Below are positions 25,471-38,339 of a stretch of DNA of 63,527 nucleotides, piece after piece (position 1 is the first letter of the stretch; each line of letters begins with the position of its first letter). The stretch is from Octopus bimaculoides. Its lineage: Eukaryota. The position numbers and the translations under genes were made by a program. Where the stretch lies: the NCBI RefSeq assembly GCF_001194135.2, contig NC_068996.1, positions 56,859,487 through 56,923,013 on the forward strand. The letters are read 5' to 3'. The notes beneath the pieces were generated by a model, which did no database searches, was not told the origin of the DNA, and worked only from the letters and a program-made list of their open reading frames with translations.

Positions 25471-27509
25471 GATGATACATGTATGTATGTTACTTTGTGC
25501 ATGTGCTCGCACACGTGCACATGTGTGTGTGTGTATAGTTTTTGTGTAACATTGTGTGATATATACAAATGTTTTTAACTATTTTCTAAAGTTAAAACAT
25601 GCAAGTTGGAAAAAAATTAATAATAAATCTTGATTGTTAGTAATTTTACCTGATAAAAGTACTAACCATCAAGATTTATTATTAATTTTTTTATAACTTG
25701 CATTATCTTGGCTTTAAAAAAATAATTAAAAACATTTGTATATGTCACACAATGTTACACAAAAACCAAACTGTTATATATATATGCTTATATATATATA
25801 TATATATATATATGCACATACATACATACACACACATATCCACACACACATACATATATATGTATGCGTGTGTGTGTGTGTGTGTATAAATAGATATATA
25901 CACGCACATATGCATGCATAGGCATTGAATGATAAAACTGCTATCACTTTATCTCACTTCTTATACAACATTATCATCACTTAGTAATTAGTACTGGAAT
26001 GTCAATAATTTGCAAGCTATCATGTTTTTCTGCAGAAGATAATTTCAGATTTATGAAGTGTTATCTTGTGTTCTGTTTCTATGTTAAAGTTCCATAATAT
26101 TTTGCCATTGTCAATTTCTAAGATATATGGAGGTCCACATGAGATGAACAGTGATTTTTCTCATACAGGATGTAATTGCTGATGAGACATATAATGAACA
26201 GTTTTCTGGTGTTATTACTTCTCAAAAGTTGTCACTTATTTTACTCTTTCCATTTCTTTTCTTTTTGTTTTTATTTTTTGTCACCTTGTATTCAGTTTTT
26301 CTTTGTCTCAAAGTAATTGTTAGTTTGCCCCAAGATTGAAGCATTGTCTTCATCTATTGCATCAACTCTGTGTTTGGAATTGGCTCTACATATTATTATC
26401 ATCGTTGTCGTTATTTTAACATCCACTTTACCATGCTTGCATAGGACAGGTGAAATTCATTGAGATATATATCCTATAGCTGGATGCCTTTCCTGTCACC
26501 GACCTCCACTTATTTCTGAGTAAGGTAATACTTTCCATGGCCAACCGTGTTTTTACAGAATATTGGAAATAAACAACATCTCTTCTATAAATCTGTTTTG
26601 GCAGATTCTGCTAAAAGTTAAACAAGTACCCCACCCCTTGCCCTCCAGGAAATTCTTAAAAAGTCTTTTAGGATTTTCTCTTCTTTTATACTGCTCCTAA
26701 ATAAATGTTTATCTCAATTCATGTGTGATTCCTTTTGTCTCCAAATTGTGCTACCACCTCCCACACCAATCTCAATTCTAAATCTGCCCCTGAGCTGTAA
26801 AGGGTCTGTGAAACTGGAAGACTTCAATATTGTCTTTTAGTTCTTGCTCAGAACCACCAAAAGTTTCAATTATAACTTAGATTATTTTGATTTTCCCAGT
26901 GGGCATTTGTCATTCATATTTACTTCTGTCCTTGTTAATTATGGCTTCTAATTTAGGCAGAAGGACCAGTGATTTTGAGGGGATTGGAGGCATCATTAGT
27001 TGATACCATTAATCCCAGTACTTGATTATTACTTTATTTTATTGACCCCAACCAAGAGGGATGGAAGACAAAGTTCACCTTGTTGAGATTTTAACACAGA
27101 ATACAATACATAATTAAATACCACATGGAATTTTGTCTAACAATTCTGGCACTCAGCTACTCTTTCTGTCTTCATTTAATTATGCTTTCTGATACATTTA
27201 CTTACATTACCATTTTACTGAGTTCAGATCCTATTCTAGTCGACTTTATCTAACATCCTTCCTGTGTCAGTAAACTTAATTACCATTCAATAAATGGCAG
27301 TTGATTAAATCAATGCATTCTTTACCTGAAATTTTCAGACCAGGTGCCAATCTTTGGTAAGGCATTATATGTATTGCAGTATTTAGCAATGTTCCATTAA
27401 AGTTTCAGTTGAAATTATACCAAAGTAAACTTTTCATTTACTTTTCCTTTAATCAATAAATAAATTTTAGTTTTTCACAAAAATGTCCTTGTTTTTGTCT
27501 GTTAGAAAT

Positions 27510-28030
27510 CATTATTAATCTATTTTTATTGCAATACTGAGATGTAACTCTGAACTTTGGGTATATGCTGTTTTGTTCTGGTTTTCTGATTTTTCAAGAA
27601 GTACCCTCTCTATTATGAGCTTGGTGCCAAGCAATGCAACTTTTTTGTATGTCATGCTTATTTGCAAGTCCTGGTGTTTTAGTTATGTCTTTGTTGACAT
27701 GTTTTTTTTATCCTTAAAACACCAGCATGCTAGTATTTCTGATTTTTTCTTTTAAATTTGTTTTCTTTTCAATTCCCACATTCTGGTTATCTTTATTTCC
27801 AGATCTTTATACTTTTGTTTAAAGGCTACATTATCTTCTGTTGGGATTGATTTATCAATTAGGATGCACTTCCTTTGCTGGTGATCCTTCATAATGGCAT
27901 TTGGTAGATTAGCCTTAATCCCTCTGTCAGTTTGTATAAGTACATAATACACTAAAGTCACTTTTGTCATTTTCTAAATCTTTTCTGGTACATGTTTATA
28001 TCTTTCTTCGGTTGGTGTTTTGTATTGCTG
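27510..28030 (-). mobile_element. R4/Dong-type LINE 3' fragment
   Basis: IQTDRGIKANLPNAIMKDHQQRKCILIDKSIPTEDNV...KYKDLEIKITRMWELK; the 3' tail resembles that of the copy at 52535. Confidence 0.8.
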
Positions 28031-28139
28031 CTGTAATTAATGGTGTTAGAAAGCACCAACCCTGGCATAACTGCAGATACATCCTTTCATAGAAATACTG
28101 AGATGGTAGAGGCACTTTGATTTTTATCATTAATCATAA

Positions 28140-28354
28140 GATGGTGAACTGCCAGAATCGTTAGCATGTCAGGTGAAATGCTTAGAAGTATTTCACCCGT
28201 CTTAATGTTCTCAGTTCAAATTCTGCCAAGGTTGGCTTTGCCTTTCATCCTTTCAGGGTTGATAAATTAATAAGTACCAGTGAAATACTAGGGTCAATGT
28301 AATCGACTCATCCCCTCCAATAAAATGGCTGCCCTTCTGACAAAATTTGAAACC

Positions 28355-28355
<1 letters not shown>
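28140..28355 (+). mobile_element. tRNA-derived SINE, family B
   Basis: GGTGAACTGCCAGAATCGTTAGCATG...GTTCAAATTCTGCCAAGG...AAATTTGAAACCG(TTA)n. Confidence 0.85.
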
Positions 28356-28392
<37 letters not shown>

Positions 28393-28394
<2 letters not shown>

Positions 28395-29965
28395 CATTAG
28401 ACACAACAGGTTAAACTGTTGGAAAAGAAAAGAATCCGAACATCAGGCTACAACAAATAACCTTAGATGCCAAGAACCCTCCTAAGTATCCTAGCTGTCC
28501 CTAATAACACTGTTTACTGCAGCTGTACTAAACTGGGTTTTATGCCTATTTCCTCTATCCATCTGTTCAGATCTTTAGGGATTGTTTACAATGCACCTAT
28601 AACTACTGGGATACATTTTACCCACACTTNNNNNNNNNNNNNNNNNNNNNNNNNNNNNNNNNNNNNNNNNNNNNNNNNNNNNNNNNNNNNNNNNNNNNNN
28701 NNNNNNNNNNNNNNNNNNNNNNNNNNNNNNNNNNNNNNNNNNNNNNNNNNNNNNNNNNNNNNNNNNNNNNNNNNNNNNNNNNNNNNNNNNNNNNNNNNNN
28801 NNNNNNNNNNNNNNNNNNNNNNNNNNNNNNNNNNNNNNNNNNNNNNNNNNNNNNNNNNNNNNNNNNNNNNNNNNNNNNNNNNNNNNNNNNNNNNNNNNNN
28901 NNNNNNNNNNNNNNNNNNNNNNNNNNNNNNNNNNNNNNNNNNNNNNNNNNNNNNNNNNNNNNNNNNNNNNNNNNNNNNNNNNNNNNNNNNNNNNNNNNNN
29001 NTAAACTTTCTTCACTATTACCTTCATAGGAGTCTATATCTACTCTAACTAACTCTAGGTAGTCTTCCACTGATATTAACCCTCTTCCACCTTCCTTTCT
29101 AGGTAAGTATAATCTTGCTACTCCTGCTTTTGGGTGAAATCCTCCATCCATATCAAATTCCTTCCTAGTTCTTCTAACTAGCTTTGCTAATTCAGTTTTT
29201 GTCCAATCTACAAAAGCTGCTGAGTATCTAAGTAATGATACTTCCCAAGTATTTACAGCCTTCACTAGATTCGGACCTTTTAGCTTTGACTTAATTAGCT
29301 TCCTCGCCCTTCTAATTCATTCCTTCTCAATCTTCGTTTTCATTCCTGTCAGATTTTAATACTCTTATATACTTATAACTCTCTCCTCCTTTCAATGATT
29401 TAATGTCTGACCATCTGGTATTTGGATGCCTTCAATGTTGACTACCTGTCCTCTTCTCATCACTAATATTGCACATTTATCTCTGCCAAATTCCATGCTT
29501 ATATCTTTGATGAAGAGTCTTACAGTTTATATCAAGGAATCTATCTCTTTTTCATTCTTACCAAAAAGCTTCAGATCATCCATGTAGAGCAAATGGTTGA
29601 TCCTTCCCTTACTATTTCTGAACTGATACCCTACCTTTGCCTTCCTTAACACTTAAACTGATGGGATCAAACTTAAAACAAATATAAAAGGGCCGAGTCC
29701 CCCTGGAAAATTCTTCTTTTGATACTAACTGTACCTAAGAATGTGTCACCTTAGTAGACACCTACTTTCTATTTTTTCATGCTAAAGCTAATTAATTCTC
29801 TTATGTTGTCTGCTATATTGAATATACTCAGACATTAAATTATCCATGAGTGTGGGATCATGTCAGAGGCTTTCCTGTAACCTATCCATAGATTTTTCTT
29901 TCTAGATTTCACTTCTTTTAGGACTGCTTTGTCTATGTATGATAGATCGTGTACTCCTCAGGTCT
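28393..29965 (-). mobile_element. R4/Dong-type LINE, degenerate RT through 3' end (gap inside)
   Basis: IFQGDS...INHLLYMDDLKLFGKNEKE; KAVNTW..SLLRYSAAFVDWTKTEL; LYLPRKEGGRGLISVED; TVLLGTARILRRVLGI*; 3' UTR ends in (AAT)n at 28392. Confidence 0.9.
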
Positions 29966-29984
29966 TCTTCCTGTAATAAGGGTC

Positions 29985-30490
29985 TTTAGAATATAGATGA
30001 CAAAGACAAGAACTTACATAGATTGTGAGGTGTATCATTTAGTACTAGAATTTAGACTTCATGTATGTTAAGTTTTCTCCGCAATTTTTTCAAGCAAACC
30101 ACTGACTGTTTTTTTTTTATGACCCCTAGTGCTCTAATCACAACTGATATTGTTTCCATCTTCAGGCGCTACATCCTGCTTATTTCAATTTCATGGTCTT
30201 TATACTTGGCAAGTTTGTCATATTCCTGGGCAGGTGCATTTTTGTCAGACGGTTTTGACATATCTAAAAGGAAGCAAGACTTGTTCTTGGCGTCTTTAAT
30301 AATAATACCTAAAGGATGGTCATACCATTACTTTCAACTATTGGTTTAGGTTGGTGTTCATACCATCTTTTCATATGTTCAACATTGAGACATTTTGCAC
30401 AATGACCAGTGAATATATTGGCCAACTCTTTTATGTCTAGCTTTATATTTGGATGGAGCCAGTTGACATCCAGATACCATATTATCAATT
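29985..30490 (-). mobile_element. Second R4/Dong-type 3' half (zinc knuckle tail plus REL) intercalated in the element above
   Basis: ETIDNMVSGCQLAPSKYKARHKRVGQYIHWSLC...WYEHQPKPIVE...LLDMSKPSD...KLAKYKDHEIEISRM...VVIRALGVIKK. Confidence 0.75.
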
Positions 30491-30493
30491 GTT

Positions 30494-31070
30494 TCATCTG
30501 CCCGTGTGAGTCATTATGTCCCTTTGAGTGTTACTTAGTCTATTGGCATTTATGAATAGCATCATGTTTTTCCCTACAAATTTCCTCCATTCCGTTTGCT
30601 CAGTGATGTTGCTCTGAGATCTGTTCAGAGTTATGTGGAATGCTTTCTTTACTTCTTTATATTGCTCTCTCGTCCATTTTTGCTTTCCAGTTTGAGTTCT
30701 GATTAGTGGTGGATGTTCCATCTATCAATTCAGAGTTGGGGGTTTCCCCACATCTGATTACCATCTTGACTAGCATTATGAAACTTTATTCCTGGTGCCA
30801 AGTTTTTGATCCCAGCCTGGTTCCTCCTTAGGAGACACAACTTTGGGTAACCCATGTTGTATGTTTTTGAGGCCATTTGGGTGTTTTACATGAAGGTTTG
30901 AATTTTCCATTTATCTTTACTGGCAAGGGATTGTTGTACATCCACTGACTAAACAGGGTTACCTCAAGAGGCTCAGGCTTTAACGTTACCATTATTATCG
31001 TCTTTATATTATCAAATGATAATATCTCATTGCTAGAATGAGTTGTTGTTGTCATTAAGTAATATTTCAC
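30494..31070 (-). mobile_element. Probable 5' region (UTR and ORF N-terminus) of an R4/Dong-type LINE
   Basis: ORF 30494-30721 (KQKWTREQYKEVKKAF...WRK...NANRLSNTQRDIM) resembles the N-terminus of these elements; same strand and adjacent. Confidence 0.5.
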
Positions 31071-31599
31071 AGTGAGAAAGAAGTATTTTAGATATCAAAT
31101 GAGAATATTTCATACCTAGAAGGAATTATTTTTATGATTCTCTCTGGTGGGAAAGTGAATATAACATGCCCCTATTAATGAGGTACAACAGAGCGAGAGA
31201 GAAGGAGAGAGAGAAAGAGAGAGAGAAAAACAGAGGAAGCAAAAGAGAGAGAAAGAGAAATAATCAAAAGGATGGGTGAATATGGGTTTCATAGGGCAAC
31301 CTTAGTGTCTCTGGAACTATATAGTGAAGTTGTGGTAAAGGGGGTGGGAGGGCCCATTGGCTGCAATTCTACAAGGAGGCAGAAAATAGCAAAAACATCA
31401 CCGAGAGAGAGAGAGAACTTGATAGAGTAGAATAAAGATATTGGGGGGGGGGGGAGAAAGAAAATTTTTAGATACAGCTATATCAAATAGTGTGATACAA
31501 CAAAAGTAGTTTTAACTTAAGCTAAGAATGGAAATTCAAAATATGAAAGGACACCGTATGTTATTATTATTATTGTTATTATTATTATTATTATTATTA

Positions 31600-33053
31600 T
31601 AAAAGACTCACGGATAGTCCTTAATTACTGGTTGTTCTTTACTTGAAAGCAGACAATAACAAACCAACCAAAGGTTTCAAGTAGTGCCTTCTCCTGTGAC
31701 TCAAAGAGACAATACTCTCCTTAGAATGTGAGCTGTATCAACAATGCTGTCTACAGCAGCTCCAATATTCTTAATATGTTTTCCAAAGCTCTTGGAAACT
31801 GCTCCTAATGCTCCAATTACCACCAGTATCACAATTACTTACCTCATGCCCCATAACTTAACTATCTCGTCCCGCAGTGGCTGGTATTTTTCAATCTTTT
31901 CTGTTTTCTTACATTTCACCCTTGAATCACCTGGTATTACAACATCTATTATCTTTACTTCTTTTTCCTCTTTATGGATGGGCACGATTTCTGGTCGTCT
32001 CGCCTCTATGACTTGGTTGCACTGCGTATTAAATTCCCAGAGTATTTTGTAATGTTTGTTTTCCATTACTCCCTCTGGCTTGTGTTCATACCATTGTTCG
32101 GCTCTCTCGAGCTTTGCTTTACTGCACAACAGCCAGTGGATATATCTGGTCACATTGTGGTGTCTCCTTTTGTATTTGCATTGTACGAGCTTACAACACT
32201 CATTAACAATATGGCTTATACTTTCTCCCTTCTCAGAGCACATCCTATACTGTGGCGAGTCACTGTTTTTATCAATGTGATATTTGGAGTAGTTTGTTCT
32301 GAGAGCTTGTTCTTGAGTGCTGCACACAAATGCCTCAGTGTGTCCTTTTAAGTCTCCTTTCTGCAGCCATTGCCAGGTTCTATTCCAATCAATCTGATCC
32401 TTATTCTTCAAGAACTGACTGTACATTTTCTTGTCTTGCCAAATTTTCTTCATCTGTTCTCTCTGGTCTTTCTTAAATTGTGTTGGATCTACAGCTTTGT
32501 TTACTTTTAAGGGTCCCTGCATTTTCACTGCTTCAATCATTTCTTCTTTACTCCTCTTGACATACCAAGCCAGGTTATTCTCTTACACAACCTTCACAAC
32601 ACACCAATCCCCGTCCTCCTTCTTTCCTCTTTACATACCATCTTGACACATCACTCCTTGTCCATTGTCATTAATTTACATGTTCTCCAATCTATCTCTT
32701 GTAATTCATTCTTCTTCTCCTGCCCCATATCTCATCAAAGTAACCGCTCACGTGTTAATTACTCTAATCTTATAGCAGCCATTTAGCTTCGATTGGAGCA
32801 CAAGCTGAATTCTCCAATACTCTTTCCCCTTCATTTCTTTCATCTTGTATTCATTCAATTTATCTCTTTCAATGATACCCAGGTACTTATATCCTTCCTC
32901 TCCGAATTCCTTTATAGTTTCACCAATTTCCAGCTCGATCCCATGGCTTTTACTGATTTTTCCCATTTTGAGAATCATTACACCACATTTCTCGATCCCA
33001 AATTCCATGCCAATATCTTTGCTAATCATCTGCATAGTTGCCATCAAATTCTC
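31600..33053 (-). mobile_element. R4/Dong-type LINE 3' half (RT C-terminus, knuckle, REL, 3' UTR) between (AAT)n runs
   Basis: SKDIGMEFGIEKC...YKYLGII; ORF 31839-32540: GDLKGHTEAFVCSTQEQALRTNY...RMCSEKGESISHIVNEC...WYEHKPE...RRPEIV...IIDVVIPGD...KIEKYQPLRDEI. Confidence 0.92.
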
Positions 33054-33074
33054 GTTATTATTATTATTATTTTG

Positions 33075-33116
<42 letters not shown>

Positions 33117-33620
33117 GAGTGAGAGAGCAGTGCATGCCCTCAAAGTGACACTGGGGTAAAATATACAAAGCCCAGTATACCCATCATGACTACCCGTCTG
33201 ATAAGGGTACACCAGGCACATGCATCATATGTGCATAACATGGTGATCTCATATCAAGATAAACAGGTGGGTCCCAGTTAGAATTTTCTTCAGGTTGAGT
33301 AGCCCAACCCACTAAAAGGCTCCCTGAATAAGGTTTGTTTAAGGATGTTGAGCAAAACACCCATGTTTCCAAAGGTGAATTATTCCAACCCCAAAGAATT
33401 TCTCTCAACACATGACTATGATGCTCTCCCACTACTTCTGCTCATGATCAGAGATGCACATATCATCAGCCACCAAGGGACATGCTCAACTAGTTTGGCG
33501 GTATTGAGTAGAATATTTGCTGTAGCCCATCTTTTATAGCAAGACAAAACAATGTACATGATAACACTTCCAATCAATTAAGATCAAAAGCCATGAGGAC
33601 CACTGCCTGATGCTGCATCT
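33117..33620 (-). mobile_element. ~500-bp non-coding interspersed element inserted in (TAA)n, copy 1
   Basis: Near-colinear with 39806-40578 (GAGTGAGA.AGCAGTGCATGCC...CCACTGCCTGAT.CTGCATC); both ends abut (ATT)n; no credible ORF. Confidence 0.85.
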
Positions 33621-33633
33621 ATTATTATTATTA

Positions 33634-33683
<50 letters not shown>

Positions 33684-34901
33684 TTTATTTTTATTTTTAT
33701 CATCATTATTGCTATTATCAATTTATATATTTATTGTTTGTTTGTATAATTTGTGTAGGTGTGTTTAACTGTTAAAGGCTGAATGGAAACTTTTATACAG
33801 TCCTTGTGTCTATCACTGACCATTATTGGCGATGCCCGTGTCTTTCTTCTCTATATTCTTCATAACTCTAACTTAAGTTCTGAACAATTACAAAATTCCC
33901 CTTTGGCAAATTTCTGGTCTCCAGATATAGCAACGTTGATTATAAACATTTATTTGTTCTCTCTATAAATAAGCAAAATATTAGGTCTTCTGTTTTCTAT
34001 GATCTCATCTATTTCCTTTATTGAAGTTACTTAAGACATTTTTTTTCTTAATTTTGTGGGGCTTGGGGAATATGGTAAAAGAGGTGGTAGCAGCCTTCTT
34101 TCAATTAAATAATGATGTTACTTTGCAGAAGTTTTGAAATCCGTATTTGTTCAGCACAAATTCCATTGGACCTTAGAACAGACTTTGTTATGGGAATATT
34201 CATAATACATCTGAGTTAGCATCCTGCAACCAGTGTGAAGTGGGTCACATCCTTTGTCCTCTCACTAAACCAAACATTTCAATCTCCCAGGTGGTAGATA
34301 AATTTCTTAACTTCTATTGATTGCTTCAACAACTGTAGGGGCGCCAACTAATCTTCATTTTTCTCTCCCTTCTTCTCCCTTCTTCGTGTAACTAATTTCA
34401 GGTTTCCTTATAACTTCCTTTGTATCTTTATCATCTCTCTATTTGTTTCTCTCTGACTCTCTCTCTCTTTTTTTCTCTCTCTTCCAAAATTATTCACAAA
34501 GTGGTACTGTTTTTTTTTCCTTTTATCCCTAATTGCTCTTTTTTCTAATTATACCATACATTTAATGTTATTCTACTTTTAGGTTGAATTCTACTTTTAC
34601 GTTGGTTGTGTGTGTCCTACATACCAAGAAGTAGATCTTCACTATTTGCATTAAGTTTCTTTCTTTCTCATAGTTCAGCACTTAAATTGATTAACCTGTA
34701 TCCCCATTCAGAAAGATTAATAATAATAATATTAATGACAAGCAATTCTATCCCCACTTAAAAGTGGATGTTGTGTTAGAACACATAATACTGCATTATT
34801 TACTGTGAGAGACCCTCTCATATGGATTTGTGGTGCATATAAGCACTCTTATTTATATTTTTTGCAGGAGATAATTGTCTGCCGTTGTTGCCAGTTTGCT
34901 G

Positions 34902-34959
<58 letters not shown>

Positions 34960-34960
<1 letters not shown>

Positions 34961-35325
34961 GGGCAATGTGGAAAGTAACTGTTATCATAGTAATTGTAGT
35001 GGCACTCAAAGCAGAGGAGATTAAATATTATCCCAGTTGTAGGACCACTTGGAGCACTAACAACCAGGTTCAAGAAATATGTTGGAGAAATTGGAATTGA
35101 CATCAGGGTATAGAGCATACCCCAAAAAACAACTCTTTTGGGGACAACTAAGATTTTGAGATTGATGCTTGGATGTTGAGTGTCTCCTATGATAAATTAA
35201 CATCCAAGTACCAAAGCTTATAATTTGTGGAATGACACCCTGTGAGACCTCTGACAACAGGTTGCTGTCTCTTCTCACAGAATTGAGCAGAGCAAGTAAG
35301 ACTGAGAGCTTTGAGAAGTAAAATA
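34960..35325 (+). mobile_element. R4/Dong-type LINE 3' fragment between (AAT)n runs
   Basis: Degenerate KIIPVVGPLGALTTRFKKYVGEIGIDIR...TTLLGTTKILRLMLGC*, then a UTR and AATAATAAT. Confidence 0.75.
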
Positions 35326-36124
35326 ATAATAATAATAATGGAGGTGGTGGTGGCAGTGGGTATGATTTCTTTATTAGCCACAAGAACTCAAAGAAAACAG
35401 AAAATACAAAAACAGAAATACAAACAATTTGAGGTGTTTACATAGTTTGTGTGAAAAAGACTGATAAGAAAAATCAACAAATAACAACAAAATTCCTCAG
35501 TAGGAACAAGAGGTACTGAGGGCAGGAAAAAATCCCCATAGGAACTCAGTGACTTTGACCATCAAGAGCAAGTACCTTTTCTCATCTGTAATTTCTGGGC
35601 CTACAAAAGCATAGTTTGAGTAGGTTCTGTTAACTTGTACCAAATGCACCACTGCTATCAACATATTTACAGGAGGTGGGCAACATCTCTCTTTTTAGAA
35701 TGCTGCTTTTCATTTGCTATTCTTTTCCACTTCTTTTACACCAAATCTATCACCAATGGAGCAACTTCACGATTTGCCCACCATATTAGTCCACTCTATT
35801 GAATATTGTCTATTATATTTTTTACGTGCTTAGTCTAGAGGAAGGATCAGTGGCCATAGCCTTCACAAGCCTTCCTTGACTACTGAGATGGGTGTTATTA
35901 GTGTTTCTCTTTAACCTTTGTAAGTCAACAACTGTGAGAAAGATACAAGCAGGAAGGGAAGTCTAGAGGGATAATACTCAGGGGAAGAAGGAGCTGACAT
36001 AGTGATTAGTACTGACCCAAGGAGTTGGTTGGACACAGCAAAAGAGGAGGAGGAGGAATGAGTAGGATAGGAGTACCAGAATAGAGGTAGTATCAGTTTG
36101 GCCAGACAAGTCATTATCCTAGTA

Positions 36125-37414
36125 TTAGATTGTCAAGAAAGTTCTTGCAGTTTTTAACCTTTAAATTCAGATGCATATATCTTGGCTCAAACAAAACTTT
36201 ATTAATCGAAATAAACACCATCAGAATCAACACATTTTTGCCAATGCGGAACAAGTTTATTTATGCCAGTAGCATAAAAATCCTGCATTCTGGTGGCGAT
36301 GTAGTCGTTGAAGGCGTGTTTTGCATCGTCTTGGTTTTTGAAGTATCTCTCATGCAGGAAATTGTCGAGATGCTTGAAAAAGTGGTAGTCAGTAGGCAAG
36401 AGGTCTGGTGAGTATGGCGGATGAGGCAGGGTTTCATAGCCCAATTCATTCAACTTCTGCAGGGTCAGTTGTGCGACGTGCGGCCGAACGTTATCGTGGA
36501 GAAGAATTGGTCCTTTTCTATTGACCAATGCTGGCTGTTGTTGTCAGAGTTTCTTATGCATTTCCTCCATTTGCTGACAGTACTTCTCCGCCATAATGGT
36601 TTCGCCTGGATCCAAAAAGCTGTGATGGATGAGACCAGCTGCAGACCACCAAACAGTCACCATGATCTTCTTTTGGTGTAACTTTGGCTTCGGGAAGTGC
36701 TGTGGAGCTTCGTTGGCATCCAACCACTGAGCTGAGCATTGCCGGTTGTCATAAAGAATCCACTTTTCATCGCAAGTTACAATCCGGTCGAGAAACAGGT
36801 CGTTCTTGTTGCGTAAAAGAAGGGAAGACAACACTACAAAACGGCGTTTTTCTTTTTTGGTTGTCATTCAATTTGTGTGGCACCCATTTCTCAAGTATTT
36901 TTGTTTTTGCAATCTCTTTCTAGGGGTTGGAAATTATCGTATACGTTACATCTAATTCAGAAGCAAGCTGTCGAACAGTTGTGCATGGATTGACTTCGAC
37001 TAAGGTTCTTAGTTGATTGTTGCCAACATCCGATGGCCAACCACTATGCTTATCATCTTCAAGACTCTCGTCACTGCTACAAAATTTCTTGAACCACCAT
37101 TGTGCTGTGCGTTCATTAGTGGTTCCTGGGCCAAATGCTTTGTTGATATCGCGAGCAGTTTCAGCATCTTTTCAGCCTAGCTTGAACTGGAATAAGAAAA
37201 TTGTGCGAATTTGCTTTTTGTTCATGTTGCATTCAACGTTCCAGAAAAAATGGACTAATTATTCAAAAAGAAAAAGAGTAACACGATTAGATAGAGCGAA
37301 AAACGGGCTTTAAAATGATATATAAAGTCAAAGTAATTTAACAAGAATTAATTTGAAAATACATCATTTAAATCTAAAATTAAAAATTCCGCAAGAACTT
37401 TCTTGACAACCTAA
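36125..37414 (-). mobile_element. Full-length mariner transposon (1290 bp), cecropia/Hsmar1-like
   Basis: TIRs TTAGATTGTCAAGAAAGTTCTTGC / reverse complement TTAGGTTGTCAAGAAAGTTCTTGC, flanked by TA at 36123-36124 and 37415-37416. Confidence 0.97.
36202..37225 (-). pseudogene. DD34D mariner transposase pseudogene (at least 3 stops and 1 frameshift)
   Basis: MNKKQIRTIFLFQFKLG...WVPHKL...[13 protein letters not shown]...LLHDNVRPH...HPPYSPDLLPTDYHFF; 34 residues between the second and third catalytic D. Confidence 0.95.
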
Positions 37415-37503
37415 TAGTAGACTAAGCAGAGAGAAGAGACAGCAAAGATATGACTCGGAGGCTGGATGATTGGATGATGTGCGTGTGTGTGCATGTGTGT
37501 GTG

Positions 37504-37543
<40 letters not shown>

Positions 37544-38339
37544 CGTGTGTGACTGCGAATCATTTGGGTAGCTCTTTTTTGGAGTGTAATTTAAAAGGCC
37601 TCTGTGTTTGCAATAGCAACACTGTCCCAATTGTGAGAGCAATCTACCATTGTGGGTCTCATTTGTACTTTATAGAGTATCAATAATTATTGGATTTGAA
37701 GTATCTTCTGACCCTAGAACACAATGGCCAGTCATTAAGATGTGATCTTAGTTATATGTACTGAGAAATTCTTCTACAAAATAAATATTGATTTCTAGCA
37801 TAGACACAAGGTTGCTCATTTTGATGGTTGGAAGGGTTTATTGGATTGAATTAACCTAAATCATGACTGGTACTTCATTTTATCAATCCAAAAAGGATGA
37901 AAAATAAAGTTGACTGTTGCAGGATTTGAACTCAGAACATGAAAGGTTATGACTAAATGCCACAAGACATTTAGTTGTGCAAATTACTGATTCCTTCATC
38001 CACCACACTGAATAACAAGAATAGTAACGATGATATTAATAATGATTTATTACTCTGGCAAGGGGCCACCCACATATTTATGGGGGGGGGGGGGGCTCGA
38101 GTTAGAGTAGATTAAATTGACTTCAGTAGACAGTTTGGACTATTATTTTATTGACCCCAGAGGGATGAAAGACAACATTAGTACCCATGGGATTTGAACT
38201 TAGATCCAAGTAAATATTACAAAGCGTTTAGACCAGTGCTCCATCATAATGCCAATAAAAAAAAATAATGAAGCCAATATAATCATAAAAACAATGGTTG
38301 AACTGACAGTACTTATGATAGCAATGATGATGATGATGA

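Noticed and set aside
26150-26230. Acceptor-like TTTTTCTCATACAG followed by DVIADETYNEQFS
   Set aside because: No convincing donor and no recognisable protein.
30721-30840. Possible HDV-like ribozyme at the 5' end of the Dong-like element (GGGG-AAA-CCCC hairpin)
   Set aside because: I could not build P1 and P3 pairings from this copy. An Infernal or RNArobo search on the family consensus would be needed.
33400-33620. Short U1/U2 snRNA-like words in the ~500-bp element (GATCA(C/T)GAGCAG, GTAGTGGG(G/A)GAGC)
   Set aside because: The matches are only about 10 nt and not colinear with an snRNA fold.
35575-35610. 26-nt minus-strand micro-exon candidate (TTTTGTAG...AAG|GTACTT)
   Set aside because: Such short splice-like matches are expected by chance, and there is no supporting neighbouring exon.
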